From: Candidatus Shapirobacteria bacterium
Lineage (GTDB): Bacteria; Patescibacteriota; Microgenomatia; UBA12405
Direction: 5' to 3'
NCBI GenBank assembly: GCA_003250375.1
Contig: QKGR01000026.1
Coordinates: forward strand, 1 to 57,974
Length of the DNA: 57,974 nucleotides
Part shown: positions 9,406 to 18,186 of the stretch, piece after piece
How positions within the stretch are numbered: position 1 is the stretch's first letter
Layout of the letters: every line of letters begins with the position of its first letter
Notes under the pieces: model-generated
The model's input: only the letters and a program-made list of their open reading frames with translations
Database searches by the model: none
Told to the model about the DNA's origin: nothing
Position numbers and translations under genes: made by a program

Positions 9406-9410
9406 AAATT

Positions 9411-9749
9411 ATGTTGAAAAAGATTAATAGATTATCGAGCCAGAAGGACTTTGAGGAACTAAAGAAGGAAGGGAGAAAGGTGTGGACTCCCCTATTTGGA
9501 TTGGTATATAAAGTTGACGGGGAAAGAAAAGAAGAGAAGAAGGTAGGAATGGTGGTGAGTAAGAAAATAAGTAAAAAAGCAGTGGAAAGAAATAAAATTA
9601 GGAGATTGATGGCTGAGGCAATAAGAAATTATTGGGAAGAAATACCTGAAGGATTTGTGGGGGTATTGTTGGCGACGAAACAGAGTTTGGGAAAGAAATT
9701 TGGTGAAATTGATGAGAAAATGGGAAAGATTGTTAAATTAATAAGATAA
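9411..9749 (+). CDS. rnpA: ribonuclease P protein component
   Basis: 112 aa and basic, with a KKINRLSSQKDFEEL start typical of RnpA. Synteny rpmH-rnpA-yidD-yidC. Confidence 0.85.
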   Translation: MLKKINRLSSQKDFEELKKEGRKVWTPLFGLVYKVDGERKEEKKVGMVVSKKISKKAVERNKIRRLMAEAIRNYWEEIPEGFVGVLLATKQSLGKKFGEIDEKMGKIVKLIR

Positions 9750-9783
9750 AACCCTTTGGTGCTTCGACAAGCTTCAGGGCACA
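9748..9783. repeat. family B-related half element (AAAACCCTTTGGTGCTTCGACAAGCTTCAGGGCAC)
   Basis: Same head as 51580 (AAACCCTTTGGCCTTCGACAAGCTCAGGCC). Confidence 0.6.
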
Positions 9784-9788
9784 CTATA

Positions 9789-9992
9789 ATGAAAAAAATA
9801 ATTCTATATATTTTGAGATTTTATAAGAGGTATATTTCGAGAGGATATCATTGTAGATTTGTGCCGAGTTGTTCGGAGTATACATATGAGGCAGTGGAGA
9901 AATATGGAGTAATGAAAGGGTTGCTAAAAGGTGGGTGGAGAGTGTTGAGATGTAATCCTTGGAGTAAAGGTGGGGTTGATCTGGTAGAATAG
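9789..9992 (+). CDS. yidD: membrane protein insertion efficiency factor YidD
   Basis: MKKIILYILRFYKRYIS..CRFVPSCSEY matches YidD. The track start at 9756 would translate repeat sequence. Confidence 0.85.
   Translation: MKKIILYILRFYKRYISRGYHCRFVPSCSEYTYEAVEKYGVMKGLLKGGWRVLRCNPWSKGGVDLVE
9982..9990 (+). promoter_or_regulatory. extended -10 box TGGTAGAAT, 10 nt before yidC ATG
   Basis: Read directly. Overlaps the yidD stop. Confidence 0.4.
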
Positions 9993-10000
9993 TTGGAGTT

Positions 10001-10795
10001 ATGGACATATTAATAATACCTTTTGTGAATGCCTTGATGGCATTTTATTATTTGACAGGATCGCTGGGATGGGCGGTAATTATTGTGACAGTACTGGTAA
10101 AACTGGTACTTTTCCCACTAGTATTCCCCTCTTTGAAATCGGCAGAAAAAATGAGAGAGATTCAGCCGAAATTAAAAAAACTTCAGGAGAAATATGGGAA
10201 AGATAGTAAGGGTCTGGCGAGTGCGCAAATGGATTTGTATAGAAATGAAGGGGTGAACCCGATGTCGGGTTGTTTGCCTCAGTTGTTGCAATTGTTTGTG
10301 TTGATTGTGTTTTATCAGGCATTTAATAAGGTGGTAATGTTTGCAATGGATAAGGTAGCCTTGGTGGATATTAATAAGTTGTTGGTGAATGGATTTAAAT
10401 TAGATGAAGGAATTAAACTGTCGATGGACTTTTTGGGATCGAATTTGTCGTCGACTCCAAGTAGTACTTTTTCGAGTGGAAATTGGGCTGCAATTGTAAT
10501 TCCATTAATTTTATTGGTAGGTTCGGCATTGGGACAGTATTTGTCGGCTAAGTTGATGATGCCAAATAGTAAAAAGATTGATGAGAATGCCTTTACTAAA
10601 GCGACTCCAGATAAGGAAGACGATATGATGGCTATGATGAGAACACAGTCGACTTATATGATGCCCCTGATGACTTTGTTTATTGGTTGGAATTTTAATT
10701 TGGGAATTTTGCTGTATTGGTTTATTAATTCCTTTTTTGCATACGGACAACAATTGGTGGTGAATGAATTGGTGAAGAGGAATAAGAAAAAATAG
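10001..10795 (+). CDS. yidC: YidC/Oxa1-family membrane protein insertase (short form)
   Basis: 264 aa and polytopic, with GCLPQLLQLFVLIVFYQ. Supported by synteny. Confidence 0.9.
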   Translation: MDILIIPFVNALMAFYYLTGSLGWAVIIVTVLVKLVLFPLVFPSLKSAEKMREIQPKLKKLQEKYGKDSKGLASAQMDLYRNEGVNPMSGCLPQLLQLFVLIVFYQAFNKVVMFAMDKVALVDINKLLVNGFKLDEGIKLSMDFLGSNLSSTPSSTFSSGNWAAIVIPLILLVGSALGQYLSAKLMMPNSKKIDENAFTKATPDKEDDMMAMMRTQSTYMMPLMTLFIGWNFNLGILLYWFINSFFAYGQQLVVNELVKRNKKK

Positions 10796-10839
10796 AAGAT
10801 TAAGCACAGAGAATAAGCGTTATTTTGTTTGGAGTTTTA

Positions 10840-10848
10840 TGATAGAAT
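10840..10848 (+). promoter_or_regulatory. extended -10 box TGATAGAAT, 7 nt before ATG 10856
   Basis: Read directly. Confidence 0.5.
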
Positions 10849-10855
10849 AGTGACC

Positions 10856-11344
10856 ATGGATAACAAAGAAAGAAATGAACAAATTATGGCAATTACAATG
10901 GAGTTACTGGAGTTCCTGAACCAGGAAGTGAGCAACGCTTTTGTAGAAGATATTGAAAGCGAAGAAAATAACCAAGTAATGATTGGGTTGACAGTGTCGA
11001 ATCCAGCATTATTGATCGGTTTTAAGGGTAAAAATTTGGCAGCGTTGCAATTGCTTTTGGCTTTGATGGTGAAAAAGAAATTGGGTGCTTGGGTGAGAGT
11101 ATTAGTAGATGTGAATGATTATAGAAATGAACAAAGAGAAAGATTGGAGACTATGGCAAGAAATTGTGCGACAAAAGCAATACAAACTGGCAATCCGGTG
11201 GCTTTGGCTAGCATGAGCTCGTATGAAAGAAGAATTTGTCATATGGTACTGCAAACAATTGAAGGAATTGAAGAAGAAAGTGTGGGTGAAAATGACGATA
11301 GGCATATTGTGATTAAGCCTTTGGGAACAGTAGAGACTGAATAA
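10856..11344 (+). CDS. jag: Jag/KhpB-type RNA-binding protein (KH + R3H)
   Basis: R3H-like C-terminus (SYERRICHMVLQ..DDRHIVIKP) and a position after yidC. ATG 10856 was chosen over the track TTG 10829 because of the -10 spacing. Confidence 0.75.
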   Translation: MDNKERNEQIMAITMELLEFLNQEVSNAFVEDIESEENNQVMIGLTVSNPALLIGFKGKNLAALQLLLALMVKKKLGAWVRVLVDVNDYRNEQRERLETMARNCATKAIQTGNPVALASMSSYERRICHMVLQTIEGIEEESVGENDDRHIVIKPLGTVETE

Positions 11345-11358
11345 GGACTTGGACTTGA

Positions 11359-11367
11359 TGAGATAAT
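11359..11367 (+). promoter_or_regulatory. extended -10 box TGAGATAAT, 8 nt before GTG 11376
   Basis: Read directly. Confidence 0.4.
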
Positions 11368-11375
11368 AGTTGGAA

Positions 11376-12716
11376 GTGAGGAAAATATTTCTTTTTTTAT
11401 TTTTGCTGTTGATACCAACACAGTTGGGTAGTTTTTTTTGGCCGGAATGGAGCTTGGTGAATGGAATTCGAAGTGATTATTTGTCCCCTACTTTGTACTT
11501 GGTAGATTTGGTGTGGATGGGATGGATTTTGAGTGAAATGTATAGCTATTCAGTTAGTCAGATTGTCGGATTGTCAGAAAGAAAAAGAAAAAAGGAAATT
11601 TTTGATTTTTTGAAAACAAAGAAATGGATACTGATAATGTTGACTGGGGTGGTGGTAGTGGTGAATATACTGATGGCAATAAATTGGCAGGTGGCGATTT
11701 ATAGATGGATAAGAATAGGACAATGGATGGTGACAGTGTGGATGTTGGGAAGATGGAGGAATGAAGGGGCGATTCGCGAATCGCCCGTACAGGAAATTCT
11801 AAGGACAATAATCCCGATTTGGATGATAGTGGAAGGATTGTTGAGTGTGGCCCAGGTGGGAAAAAATGGAAGTTTACAGGGAATATTTTATTGGATTGGT
11901 GAAAGAAAGTTTGATTATATGACGATTGGAACAGCGTTGATGAGCTGGGGTAATGAAGTATTTGTGAGAGCATATGGGAGTTTTTCACATCCGAATAGTT
12001 TGGCTGGTTTTAGTTTGGTGGCGATAATGATGATGAAAACCCTTTCGGCTTCGCCGAATTCCCCTTCAAAAGGGGAAACAAAGATGGTGAAAAGAATTAT
12101 TTGGTGGCTTGGGATTTTTTTTGGAATAGTGATAGTAGTACTGAGTGGAAGCAGGACAGTGTGGGCGCTGGGAGTAATAATATTGGGAGGGCGATTCGTG
12201 AATTGCCCGTACGGAAAAATTAGGGATTGGCAAGATGAATTTTGGAATAAGGGCGGGTGCAAGACCCGCCCGTACAAGGCATTAAGATTTTTTGTTGGAT
12301 TGATGTTATTAATGTTTGTAATTTGGTTTTCTTGGGGAAAGGTTGGTGGTTGGGATAAAGACAGTTGGGGGAAAAGAAAAGATTTGAATAAGGCGGCGTT
12401 TGAAATGATTGAACGAAATCCCCTATTTGGAGTGGGAGCGGGAAATTTTGTGGTGGAAATAGTGAATTATGAAAAGACAGGAATATTGTGGCTACAGCCG
12501 GTGCATAATGTGGTACTGCTAGGATTGAGTGAGATTGGAGTTTTGGGAGTGACTATGGTTTTGATATGGCTGAGTAGAATTAAGAAGATTAGAAAAATTA
12601 AGTTTGAAGGATGGATGATGTTGGGGGCGATATTGGCTTTGGGGATGATGGATCATTATTGGCTGACATTGAGTCAAAATTATTGGCTAATGGCGATAGT
12701 GGTGGCAATAATCTGA
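11376..12716 (+). CDS. O-antigen ligase (Wzy_C/WaaL)-like polytopic membrane protein carrying five in-frame repeat insertions
   Basis: Many TMs, with FSHPNSLAGF and QPVHNVVLLGLSEIGVLG typical of the O-antigen ligase family. The start could also be TTG 11370. Confidence 0.7.
   Translation: MRKIFLFLFLLLIPTQLGSFFWPEWSLVNGIRSDYLSPTLYLVDLVWMGWILSEMYSYSVSQIVGLSERKRKKEIFDFLKTKKWILIMLTGVVVVVNILMAINWQVAIYRWIRIGQWMVTVWMLGRWRNEGAIRESPVQEILRTIIPIWMIVEGLLSVAQVGKNGSLQGIFYWIGERKFDYMTIGTALMSWGNEVFVRAYGSFSHPNSLAGFSLVAIMMMKTLSASPNSPSKGETKMVKRIIWWLGIFFGIVIVVLSGSRTVWALGVIILGGRFVNCPYGKIRDWQDEFWNKGGCKTRPYKALRFFVGLMLLMFVIWFSWGKVGGWDKDSWGKRKDLNKAAFEMIERNPLFGVGAGNFVVEIVNYEKTGILWLQPVHNVVLLGLSEIGVLGVTMVLIWLSRIKKIRKIKFEGWMMLGAILALGMMDHYWLTLSQNYWLMAIVVAII
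11546..11577. repeat. TCAG-type microrepeat inside CDS (CTATTCAG TTAGTCAG ATTGTCGG ATTGTCAG)
   Basis: Translated as YSVSQIVGLS. Confidence 0.7.
11767..11790. repeat. family A variant inside CDS (GGGCGATTCGCGAATCGCCCGTAC)
   Basis: Translated as EGAIRESPVQ. Confidence 0.85.
12036..12080. repeat. family B element inside CDS (AAAACCCTTTCGGCTTCGCCGAATTCCCCTTCAAAAGGGGAAACA)
   Basis: Near-identical to 15283-15326. Translated as KTLSASPNSPSKGET. Confidence 0.9.
12189..12212. repeat. family A variant inside CDS (GGGCGATTCGTGAATTGCCCGTAC)
   Basis: Translated as GRFVNCPY. Confidence 0.85.
12251..12275. repeat. family A canonical copy inside CDS
   Basis: GGGCGGGTGCAAGACCCGCCCGTAC, translated as KGGCKTRPYK. 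Confidence 0.9.
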
Positions 12717-12722
12717 TAAGAT
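12714..12722 (+). promoter_or_regulatory. extended -10 box TGATAAGAT, 6 nt before GTG 12729
   Basis: Read directly. Overlaps the ligase stop. Confidence 0.45.
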
Positions 12723-12728
12723 AAGGAT

Positions 12729-13952
12729 GTGATTAAAGGGGTAATAAGAAATACAGCAGTGCAAACACTGGGAAAGGTAGTAATGGTGCTAGTGAGCCTA
12801 GTGACGACAGGAATACTGACTCGGAGATTGGGAGTGAATGGATATGGAGCTTTTACACTAACGACATCGATATTTCTGCTGATTGATAGCTTGGCGGATA
12901 TGGGGACGAGGATGATTGGGGTGAGAGAGGCGGCTAAGTGTGAGAACTGGAAAAGTAAAAAGAAGGTGCTGGTGAATGTATTTATACTTAGAAAAATATT
13001 AGCTTTGGCGGCATTTGTTCTAGGATTGGGGTTGGTAGCTTGGTACCCAGGATTTGAGGGATTTAGATGGTGGGCTTTAGTGGCTTTGGGGATGAGCTTG
13101 ATGACTAGCTTGGCAGGAGATGAAGAAATAGTGTTCCAGACGGAAGCGAGACTTGATTTGAAGACTATTATGGACGTGCTCTACCCTATTGGATTTTTGG
13201 TAATGGCAATATTTTTAGGTGATAATTTGAGCTTGGGATGGGCTTTTTTGGGATATTTGATTAGCCGAATAATTAGTATTGGGGTGGGATGGAAATTGAT
13301 GCTGGTGAAAATTAAGAAGATTGATTTTGGAGATTGGAGAGATGTGGTGGAAACAAAATTGTGGTGGAAACTGCTGAAACAGAGCTGGCCAATGGGAGTG
13401 TATATGTTGGTATTTATTGGCTACGACAGGGCGGCAGATTCGATGATGATTCGAGCCTTTTGGGACGAGACATATGTGGCAAGCTATGGATTAGCCTACA
13501 AAATGTATAGCAATTTGATTACTCCGGCCTATTTTTTGGCGAGCGCGGTGTTCCCTATTATGGCCAAAAACCAGGAAAAAAATGTGACGAGAAAATCGCT
13601 TTTTGTAGCTGGATTGATGATTTTGTCGATAGTACCGATAGTGTATTTTCTAGCTCCTTGGATGGTGCAAATTTTGGCGGGAAGCGATTTTGATATGGCG
13701 GCGACAGTACTAAGAATTTTGTTGGGAGCGCTGGTGTTTTCATATATAAACCACATAGTTGGATTTAGATTAATTTCGAAAGAAGGACAGAAGGAATTGC
13801 TTTGGTTGGGAGTGTCGGCGCTAGTAATTAATATAAGCCTAAATTGGATTTTTATACCTAAATACGGAATTATTTCGGCGGCATGGGTGACTGTGTGGAC
13901 GGAAGCGGTGATGCTTTTGATGACTTTGATTTCGCTAAGAAAGAAAAATTAA
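12729..13952 (+). CDS. Wzx/MOP-family polysaccharide flippase-like membrane protein
   Basis: 407 aa with ~12 hydrophobic segments. The N-terminus VQTLGKVVMVLVSLVTTGILTRRLG is typical of polysaccharide biosynthesis (PST) proteins. Lies next to the O-antigen ligase. Confidence 0.65.
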   Translation: MIKGVIRNTAVQTLGKVVMVLVSLVTTGILTRRLGVNGYGAFTLTTSIFLLIDSLADMGTRMIGVREAAKCENWKSKKKVLVNVFILRKILALAAFVLGLGLVAWYPGFEGFRWWALVALGMSLMTSLAGDEEIVFQTEARLDLKTIMDVLYPIGFLVMAIFLGDNLSLGWAFLGYLISRIISIGVGWKLMLVKIKKIDFGDWRDVVETKLWWKLLKQSWPMGVYMLVFIGYDRAADSMMIRAFWDETYVASYGLAYKMYSNLITPAYFLASAVFPIMAKNQEKNVTRKSLFVAGLMILSIVPIVYFLAPWMVQILAGSDFDMAATVLRILLGALVFSYINHIVGFRLISKEGQKELLWLGVSALVINISLNWIFIPKYGIISAAWVTVWTEAVMLLMTLISLRKKN

Positions 13953-14366
13953 TTCGATTTTTTGATATATTCCCCTACTTAATATACTGACGTTTTTGGC
14001 CTCTTATAACAATAATACTAACGAATTTTGCTTGGCCTAGATGGAGAGTTGCGAGCATTTTTTGGCTTTGATAGCCTTGGTCGAGTTTTTTTTGGCTCAC
14101 CTCCCTTTCTTGTCCTAACAAATCCCTACCCCTTTTCACGTCATTACATATTTTCATGGGCAGGACTAAACTTACCTTTACTGATAGTTAATTGTTGTTA
14201 TGTACGGAGGGGATGGGAGAAATAATGACATTTACAGCGAAGTAATAACCGCATAATAACCGAAATATTACCGTAAATTAAATCTGACTAGAAAATGGGG
14301 TGGCTGATATGTGGTGAATTGGAAAGAACAAAAGAGGGAGGAATCGGGTATGATTTATGGTAGGAA

Positions 14367-17300
14367 ATGAATCAAGGAGGACCAATTGCAATTGTAAACG
14401 GCTGCGAAAATTTTGTGGCTAAATTTTTGGTGGCTGAATTGATTAAAAAGGATATTGAAGTAATAGAAATAGGGGAAGGTGAGGCAAGTAATAGAAGGGT
14501 GAGAAGAATTGACAATGTAGAAGATTTAGTGGAAGAAGTGAACTATGTGTTTGATTTTGAGGAAGATCAGAAAGTGTGGCAAAAAGCGGTGAATGATGAG
14601 GCAAGGTTGGCGATTGTACGAGTGAATAAGAATGATGGGGAGAAGTTTAAGAAAATGTTGTTGAGTTATCATTTTGATTGGAGAGTGTTGGATTTGAATG
14701 GAGTGTACGGAGAAGGAATGGAAAGAGGGTCGAAGGTGGCAAATATATTTGAGAAGGCAGTGAGGAATCAGGTGTTGGAATTGCCGGCAGTAAATTTGGA
14801 AATAAGACTGATGAATGTGGCGGATGCGGTGGAAGCGATATTTAGGGGAACACTGATGTCGGGGACGAGTGAGGAGAATTGGGAAGTGTGGGGTGATAAG
14901 TATATGAGCGGAAAAGTGGCTGAAATAATGTATAGGGGAGCGAAGATGACTAAGAAGGGAGTGAGTGAAAGTGAAGAGTGGAGAGCAAATCTGAGTGATG
15001 AGGAGATAGAAAAGACTTGGGATAAGCTGAGGTGGAAGCCTGAAATTGAATTGGGAGAAGGAGTAAAAAGCACTTTGCAATACTTTTTTGGATTGATTGA
15101 TGAGGAAGCAAGGAAGACCAAGATTGATTCTAAGAGTAAGATTTTGGATTCTAGAAATAAAGAAAGAGAGGCAAAGAGAATGTGGCAGGTGGAAGTGGAG
15201 GAGGGGGAAGAAGAGATGGTAGATGTTAGATCTCAGGAGGAAGAAGAAGATAGATCTCAGATGACAGATAGAGAAGAAAATGAAACCCTTTCGGCTACGC
15301 CGAATTCCCCTTCAAAAGGGGAAACAGAGATAGAATTTGAAGATAAGGATGAAGAGGAAATTGAGGAAGTGGAGGAAGAAGATGAGGTGGGTGAAAGAAT
15401 GTTGCCTCAGAGTGAGACTGGAGGAGAATTTAGAATAAAAAATTCTAAGCTTGAAGAAGAAAGTAAGCCAATTGTGCTGCCTTATGAGGCAAATGAAATT
15501 AAACCAAAAATATTAAAGGAAATTCCCTTGTCTGATAATAGCAGGAGCAGACTGAAGTTTAAGAATAAACCAAAGATTAGACTGAAAATTAATGTGGAGT
15601 GGGAAAAAATAGCAATTTCGATGGGGGTGGTACTGGTGCTGATGTCGATTGTGCCAATATTTACGATTTGGAGAACTTTGGATGTGGTGAAAGACATTGA
15701 GAAAATGCCGGCAATGTTGGAAGAAAAGAAATATGATGAGCTAAGTAATAAAATTGATAGCGATTTACTAAAAATTAAGAAGATTGAAGGAACAATTGAC
15801 GATTTGGCTTTGAAAAGAATTGCTTTGGTGAGAAATTATTATGGTGGGGCGAAGGTGATTGAGGAAGTGTTGGGATTGGCAAGTAGAGGTGTGGAATTGG
15901 CTAAGATGGGGGAGGAATTTAATGAGGGAGTGTTTGGGGAAAAGGAAATTGATTGGAATAAAGAAGTGACGATAATTAATGACAAGCTGTTGGAGTTTGA
16001 AGAGAAGGCAGGTTTGTTGCAGGCAAGACTGGATGGTGATTGGAGCTGGGTGCCAGCCAGATGGCATAATTTGCCAAATAAGGGTAAGAGCCAATTGAGT
16101 GAGGTGAGAGAAATGGTGAGCTTGACTAGAAAAACATTGGATTTTTTGCCGGAGATGATTGGAGCTGATGGAAAGAGAAAAGAGTATTTGGTATTACTCC
16201 AAAACGAAATGGAACTGAGGCCAGGAGGCGGCTTTATAGGCTCTTACGCGATACTTAGTTTTGAAGGAGGTAAATTACTTAACTTCGATGTAAAAGACGT
16301 GTACGAGGCCGATGGACAACTGAAAGGGCATGTGGAACCACCAGAGGAGATTAAAGAATATTTGGGTGAGGCAAGTTGGTACATGAGAGATGCAAATTGG
16401 AAAGCAGCCTTTGGTTCGTCGTCGAAGGATATTCAATGGTTCTTTGAAAAAGAAACAGGAAGAAAAGTAGATGGAGTGATTGGAGTTGATTTGGCAGTGG
16501 CTAAGGAAATATTGAAAGTGACAGGAGAGATTTATATTCCTGATTTTGATGAGAAGATTGGTGCGGATAATTTGTATGAACAGGCTGAATTTTATTCGGA
16601 AACTAAATTCTTCCCAGGGTCGAATCAAAAAGAAAGCTTTTTGGGATTGGTGGGAAGCCAATTGTTTGGAGCAATTAAAGAGACTAGTCCGACAAAGAGA
16701 TTGGAATTGGCCGGAGCGGCGATTGATTTGTTGGAAAGAAATGAAATACAAATAGCTTTGAACGAGAGTAAGATGGCCGCAAAGGTGGCAGAGCTGGGAT
16801 GGGATGGGGGACTTTATGAGGGGAGATGTGCGGGAGAGAATTGTTATACGGATTATGTGTATGTGGTGGAAGCGAATGTGGGTGTGAATAAGGCAAATTT
16901 CTTTTTGTATAGAAATACTGATTTGACGGTGGATTTGTCGAATAATGCAGTGACAAGAGTGCTGAAAATTAATTATGAGAACACAGCAAAGAATACTAAT
17001 TGGCCGGGAGGTGATTATAAGAATTACATGAGAATTTATATTCCAGTGGAGGCTAATTTGGCGGAAGTGTCGATTTATAATCCGGACGATATGACGACAA
17101 AGAGAGTGTACAGAAGTGATGAAATCAAGATTAATCAGGCGGGAAATAAGAAAGAAATAGGATTTTTGGTGAATGTGCCAGTGACGGCGAAGAGGGCGGT
17201 GGAGGTGAGATACACTAGTCAAATTGATTTGGCGAGTAAAGATAAGTTCTCCTATCTTTGTTATGTGCAAAGACAGCCGGGGTATGGAAATAGTGGACTA

Positions 17301-17435
17301 GTGTCGTTGGTGTCCTTTCCGGAGGAGTGGAAGCCATTGCAGGTGGAGCCGGCGGCAAATTTGGTGGGTGGAAAGCTACTGTTTAATCATAAATTTGATA
17401 GGGATATGAAGATGGGTGTGGAGATTAGTAGATAG
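14367..17435 (+). CDS. fusion protein: N-terminal Rossmann/epimerase-like domain, acidic linker, TM, C-terminal DUF4012-type domain
   Basis: 1022 aa. IAIVNGCENFVAKFLVAELIK is Rossmann-like. The linker is E-rich with repeat insertions. The TM is ISMGVVLVLMSIVPIFTIW. LLQNEMELRPGGGFIGSYAIL is the DUF4012 signature as I remember it. Confidence 0.65.
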   Translation: MNQGGPIAIVNGCENFVAKFLVAELIKKDIEVIEIGEGEASNRRVRRIDNVEDLVEEVNYVFDFEEDQKVWQKAVNDEARLAIVRVNKNDGEKFKKMLLSYHFDWRVLDLNGVYGEGMERGSKVANIFEKAVRNQVLELPAVNLEIRLMNVADAVEAIFRGTLMSGTSEENWEVWGDKYMSGKVAEIMYRGAKMTKKGVSESEEWRANLSDEEIEKTWDKLRWKPEIELGEGVKSTLQYFFGLIDEEARKTKIDSKSKILDSRNKEREAKRMWQVEVEEGEEEMVDVRSQEEEEDRSQMTDREENETLSATPNSPSKGETEIEFEDKDEEEIEEVEEEDEVGERMLPQSETGGEFRIKNSKLEEESKPIVLPYEANEIKPKILKEIPLSDNSRSRLKFKNKPKIRLKINVEWEKIAISMGVVLVLMSIVPIFTIWRTLDVVKDIEKMPAMLEEKKYDELSNKIDSDLLKIKKIEGTIDDLALKRIALVRNYYGGAKVIEEVLGLASRGVELAKMGEEFNEGVFGEKEIDWNKEVTIINDKLLEFEEKAGLLQARLDGDWSWVPARWHNLPNKGKSQLSEVREMVSLTRKTLDFLPEMIGADGKRKEYLVLLQNEMELRPGGGFIGSYAILSFEGGKLLNFDVKDVYEADGQLKGHVEPPEEIKEYLGEASWYMRDANWKAAFGSSSKDIQWFFEKETGRKVDGVIGVDLAVAKEILKVTGEIYIPDFDEKIGADNLYEQAEFYSETKFFPGSNQKESFLGLVGSQLFGAIKETSPTKRLELAGAAIDLLERNEIQIALNESKMAAKVAELGWDGGLYEGRCAGENCYTDYVYVVEANVGVNKANFFLYRNTDLTVDLSNNAVTRVLKINYENTAKNTNWPGGDYKNYMRIYIPVEANLAEVSIYNPDDMTTKRVYRSDEIKINQAGNKKEIGFLVNVPVTAKRAVEVRYTSQIDLASKDKFSYLCYVQRQPGYGNSGLVSLVSFPEEWKPLQVEPAANLVGGKLLFNHKFDRDMKMGVEISR
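15221..15270. repeat. TCAG-type microrepeats inside CDS (AGATGTTAGATCTCAG ... AGATCTCAGATGACAGATA)
   Basis: Same motif as 43691-43720. Translated as DVRSQ..DRSQMTD. Confidence 0.7.
15283..15326. repeat. family B element inside CDS
   Basis: AAACCCTTTCGGCTACGCCGAATTCCCCTTCAAAAGGGGAAACA, translated as ETLSATPNSPSKGET. Confidence 0.9.
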
Positions 17436-17659
17436 AGATTGTACTCATAATAAGCTTTAATCGGACCGATAATCAGCTAGCTGTACCAGATTAATAGACA
17501 GAGTCGGCTGTTATCTACATGCTCGTCGACTACCGAATGAAAACCAAGTCGACTGCGCAAGTTCCTCTTAAAACTTATTAAGATTTATTAGTTGAAATTT
17601 TGTTTTATAAACATGACATAATGGTTTGTGTGTATGTTTATCGGCATAATATTGGCTCA

Positions 17660-17744
17660 TTAAACGAAAATTTGCAGTGCTCGCTACCTTCGGGCTCGGC
17701 GTAAGCTGGCTCGCGTTCGCTGTGCGCTGAAATTTTGTTTAATT
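17660..17744. repeat. family C palindromic element (~85 nt; core GTGCTCGCTACCTTCGGGCTCGGCGTAAGCTGGCTCGCGTTCGCTGTGC)
   Basis: The core is identical to 35378-35467 and 36569-36657. Flanked by imperfect inverted AAATTTT arms. Confidence 0.9.
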
Positions 17745-17768
17745 CGCTACTAGGATTATTGGACAATT

Positions 17769-18068
17769 ATGAAAAATTTTATTAGAAAAATTGAAGATTT
17801 TGTGTGTGAGAACTGTGGATTTGAGGTGGAAGGAAATGGATATACGGATCATTGTCCGAAATGTTTGTGGGGGAAGCATGTGGATGAGGAGATTCCGGGG
17901 GATAGAGCGTCGGAATGCAGAGGTTTGATGGAGCCGGTGGGGGTGAGTTATGAGAAAGGTGATTTTAGAATTCATCATAAGTGTACGAAATGCAGCCATG
18001 AATTTTGGGTGTGGTGTAGTAAAGATGATGATAGAGAGGAGCTGGTGAGGATTGGTAGGGAGTATTGA
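17769..18068 (+). CDS. RNHCP-domain zinc-ribbon protein
   Basis: FVCENCGFEV..YTDHCPKCLWGKHVD..GDRASEC..KCTKCSHEF matches the RNHCP family pattern. Confidence 0.7.
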   Translation: MKNFIRKIEDFVCENCGFEVEGNGYTDHCPKCLWGKHVDEEIPGDRASECRGLMEPVGVSYEKGDFRIHHKCTKCSHEFWVWCSKDDDREELVRIGREY

Positions 18069-18083
18069 TTCTGGATTCTGGAG

Positions 18084-18108
18084 GGGCGGGTGCAAGACCC
18101 GCCCGTAC
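18084..18108. repeat. family A hairpin repeat
   Basis: GGGCGGGTGCAAGACCCGCCCGTAC. Preceded by GATTCTGGATTCTGG microrepeat. Confidence 0.9.
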
Positions 18109-18170
18109 ATTAAATTAATGTGGAAAAAAAGAGACGCATAATAATGCGTCTGTACGATAAATATAAATGA

Positions 18171-18179
18171 TGGTAATAT
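18171..18179 (+). promoter_or_regulatory. extended -10 box TGGTAATAT, 7 nt before ATG 18187
   Basis: Read directly. Confidence 0.5.
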
Positions 18180-18186
18180 AGGATAT

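Noticed and set aside
16275-17270. Long antisense ORFs (e.g. 16275..17270-, 536..1000-, 21363..22208-, 38859..39485-, 53224..53874-, 18471..19250-, 14526..15080-)
   Set aside because: They lie opposite well-supported genes, have low-complexity Ser/Pro/His/Leu-rich translations and lack start-proximal -10 boxes. They are shadow ORFs of purine-rich sense strands.
17436-17659. Structured ncRNA downstream of the DUF4012 gene (long-range pairing ATAAGCTTTAA / TTAAAACTTAT and a GTCGAC...GTCGAC hairpin)
   Set aside because: The pairing is short and AT-rich, and no known RNA family signature was recognised. There is not enough evidence without covariation.
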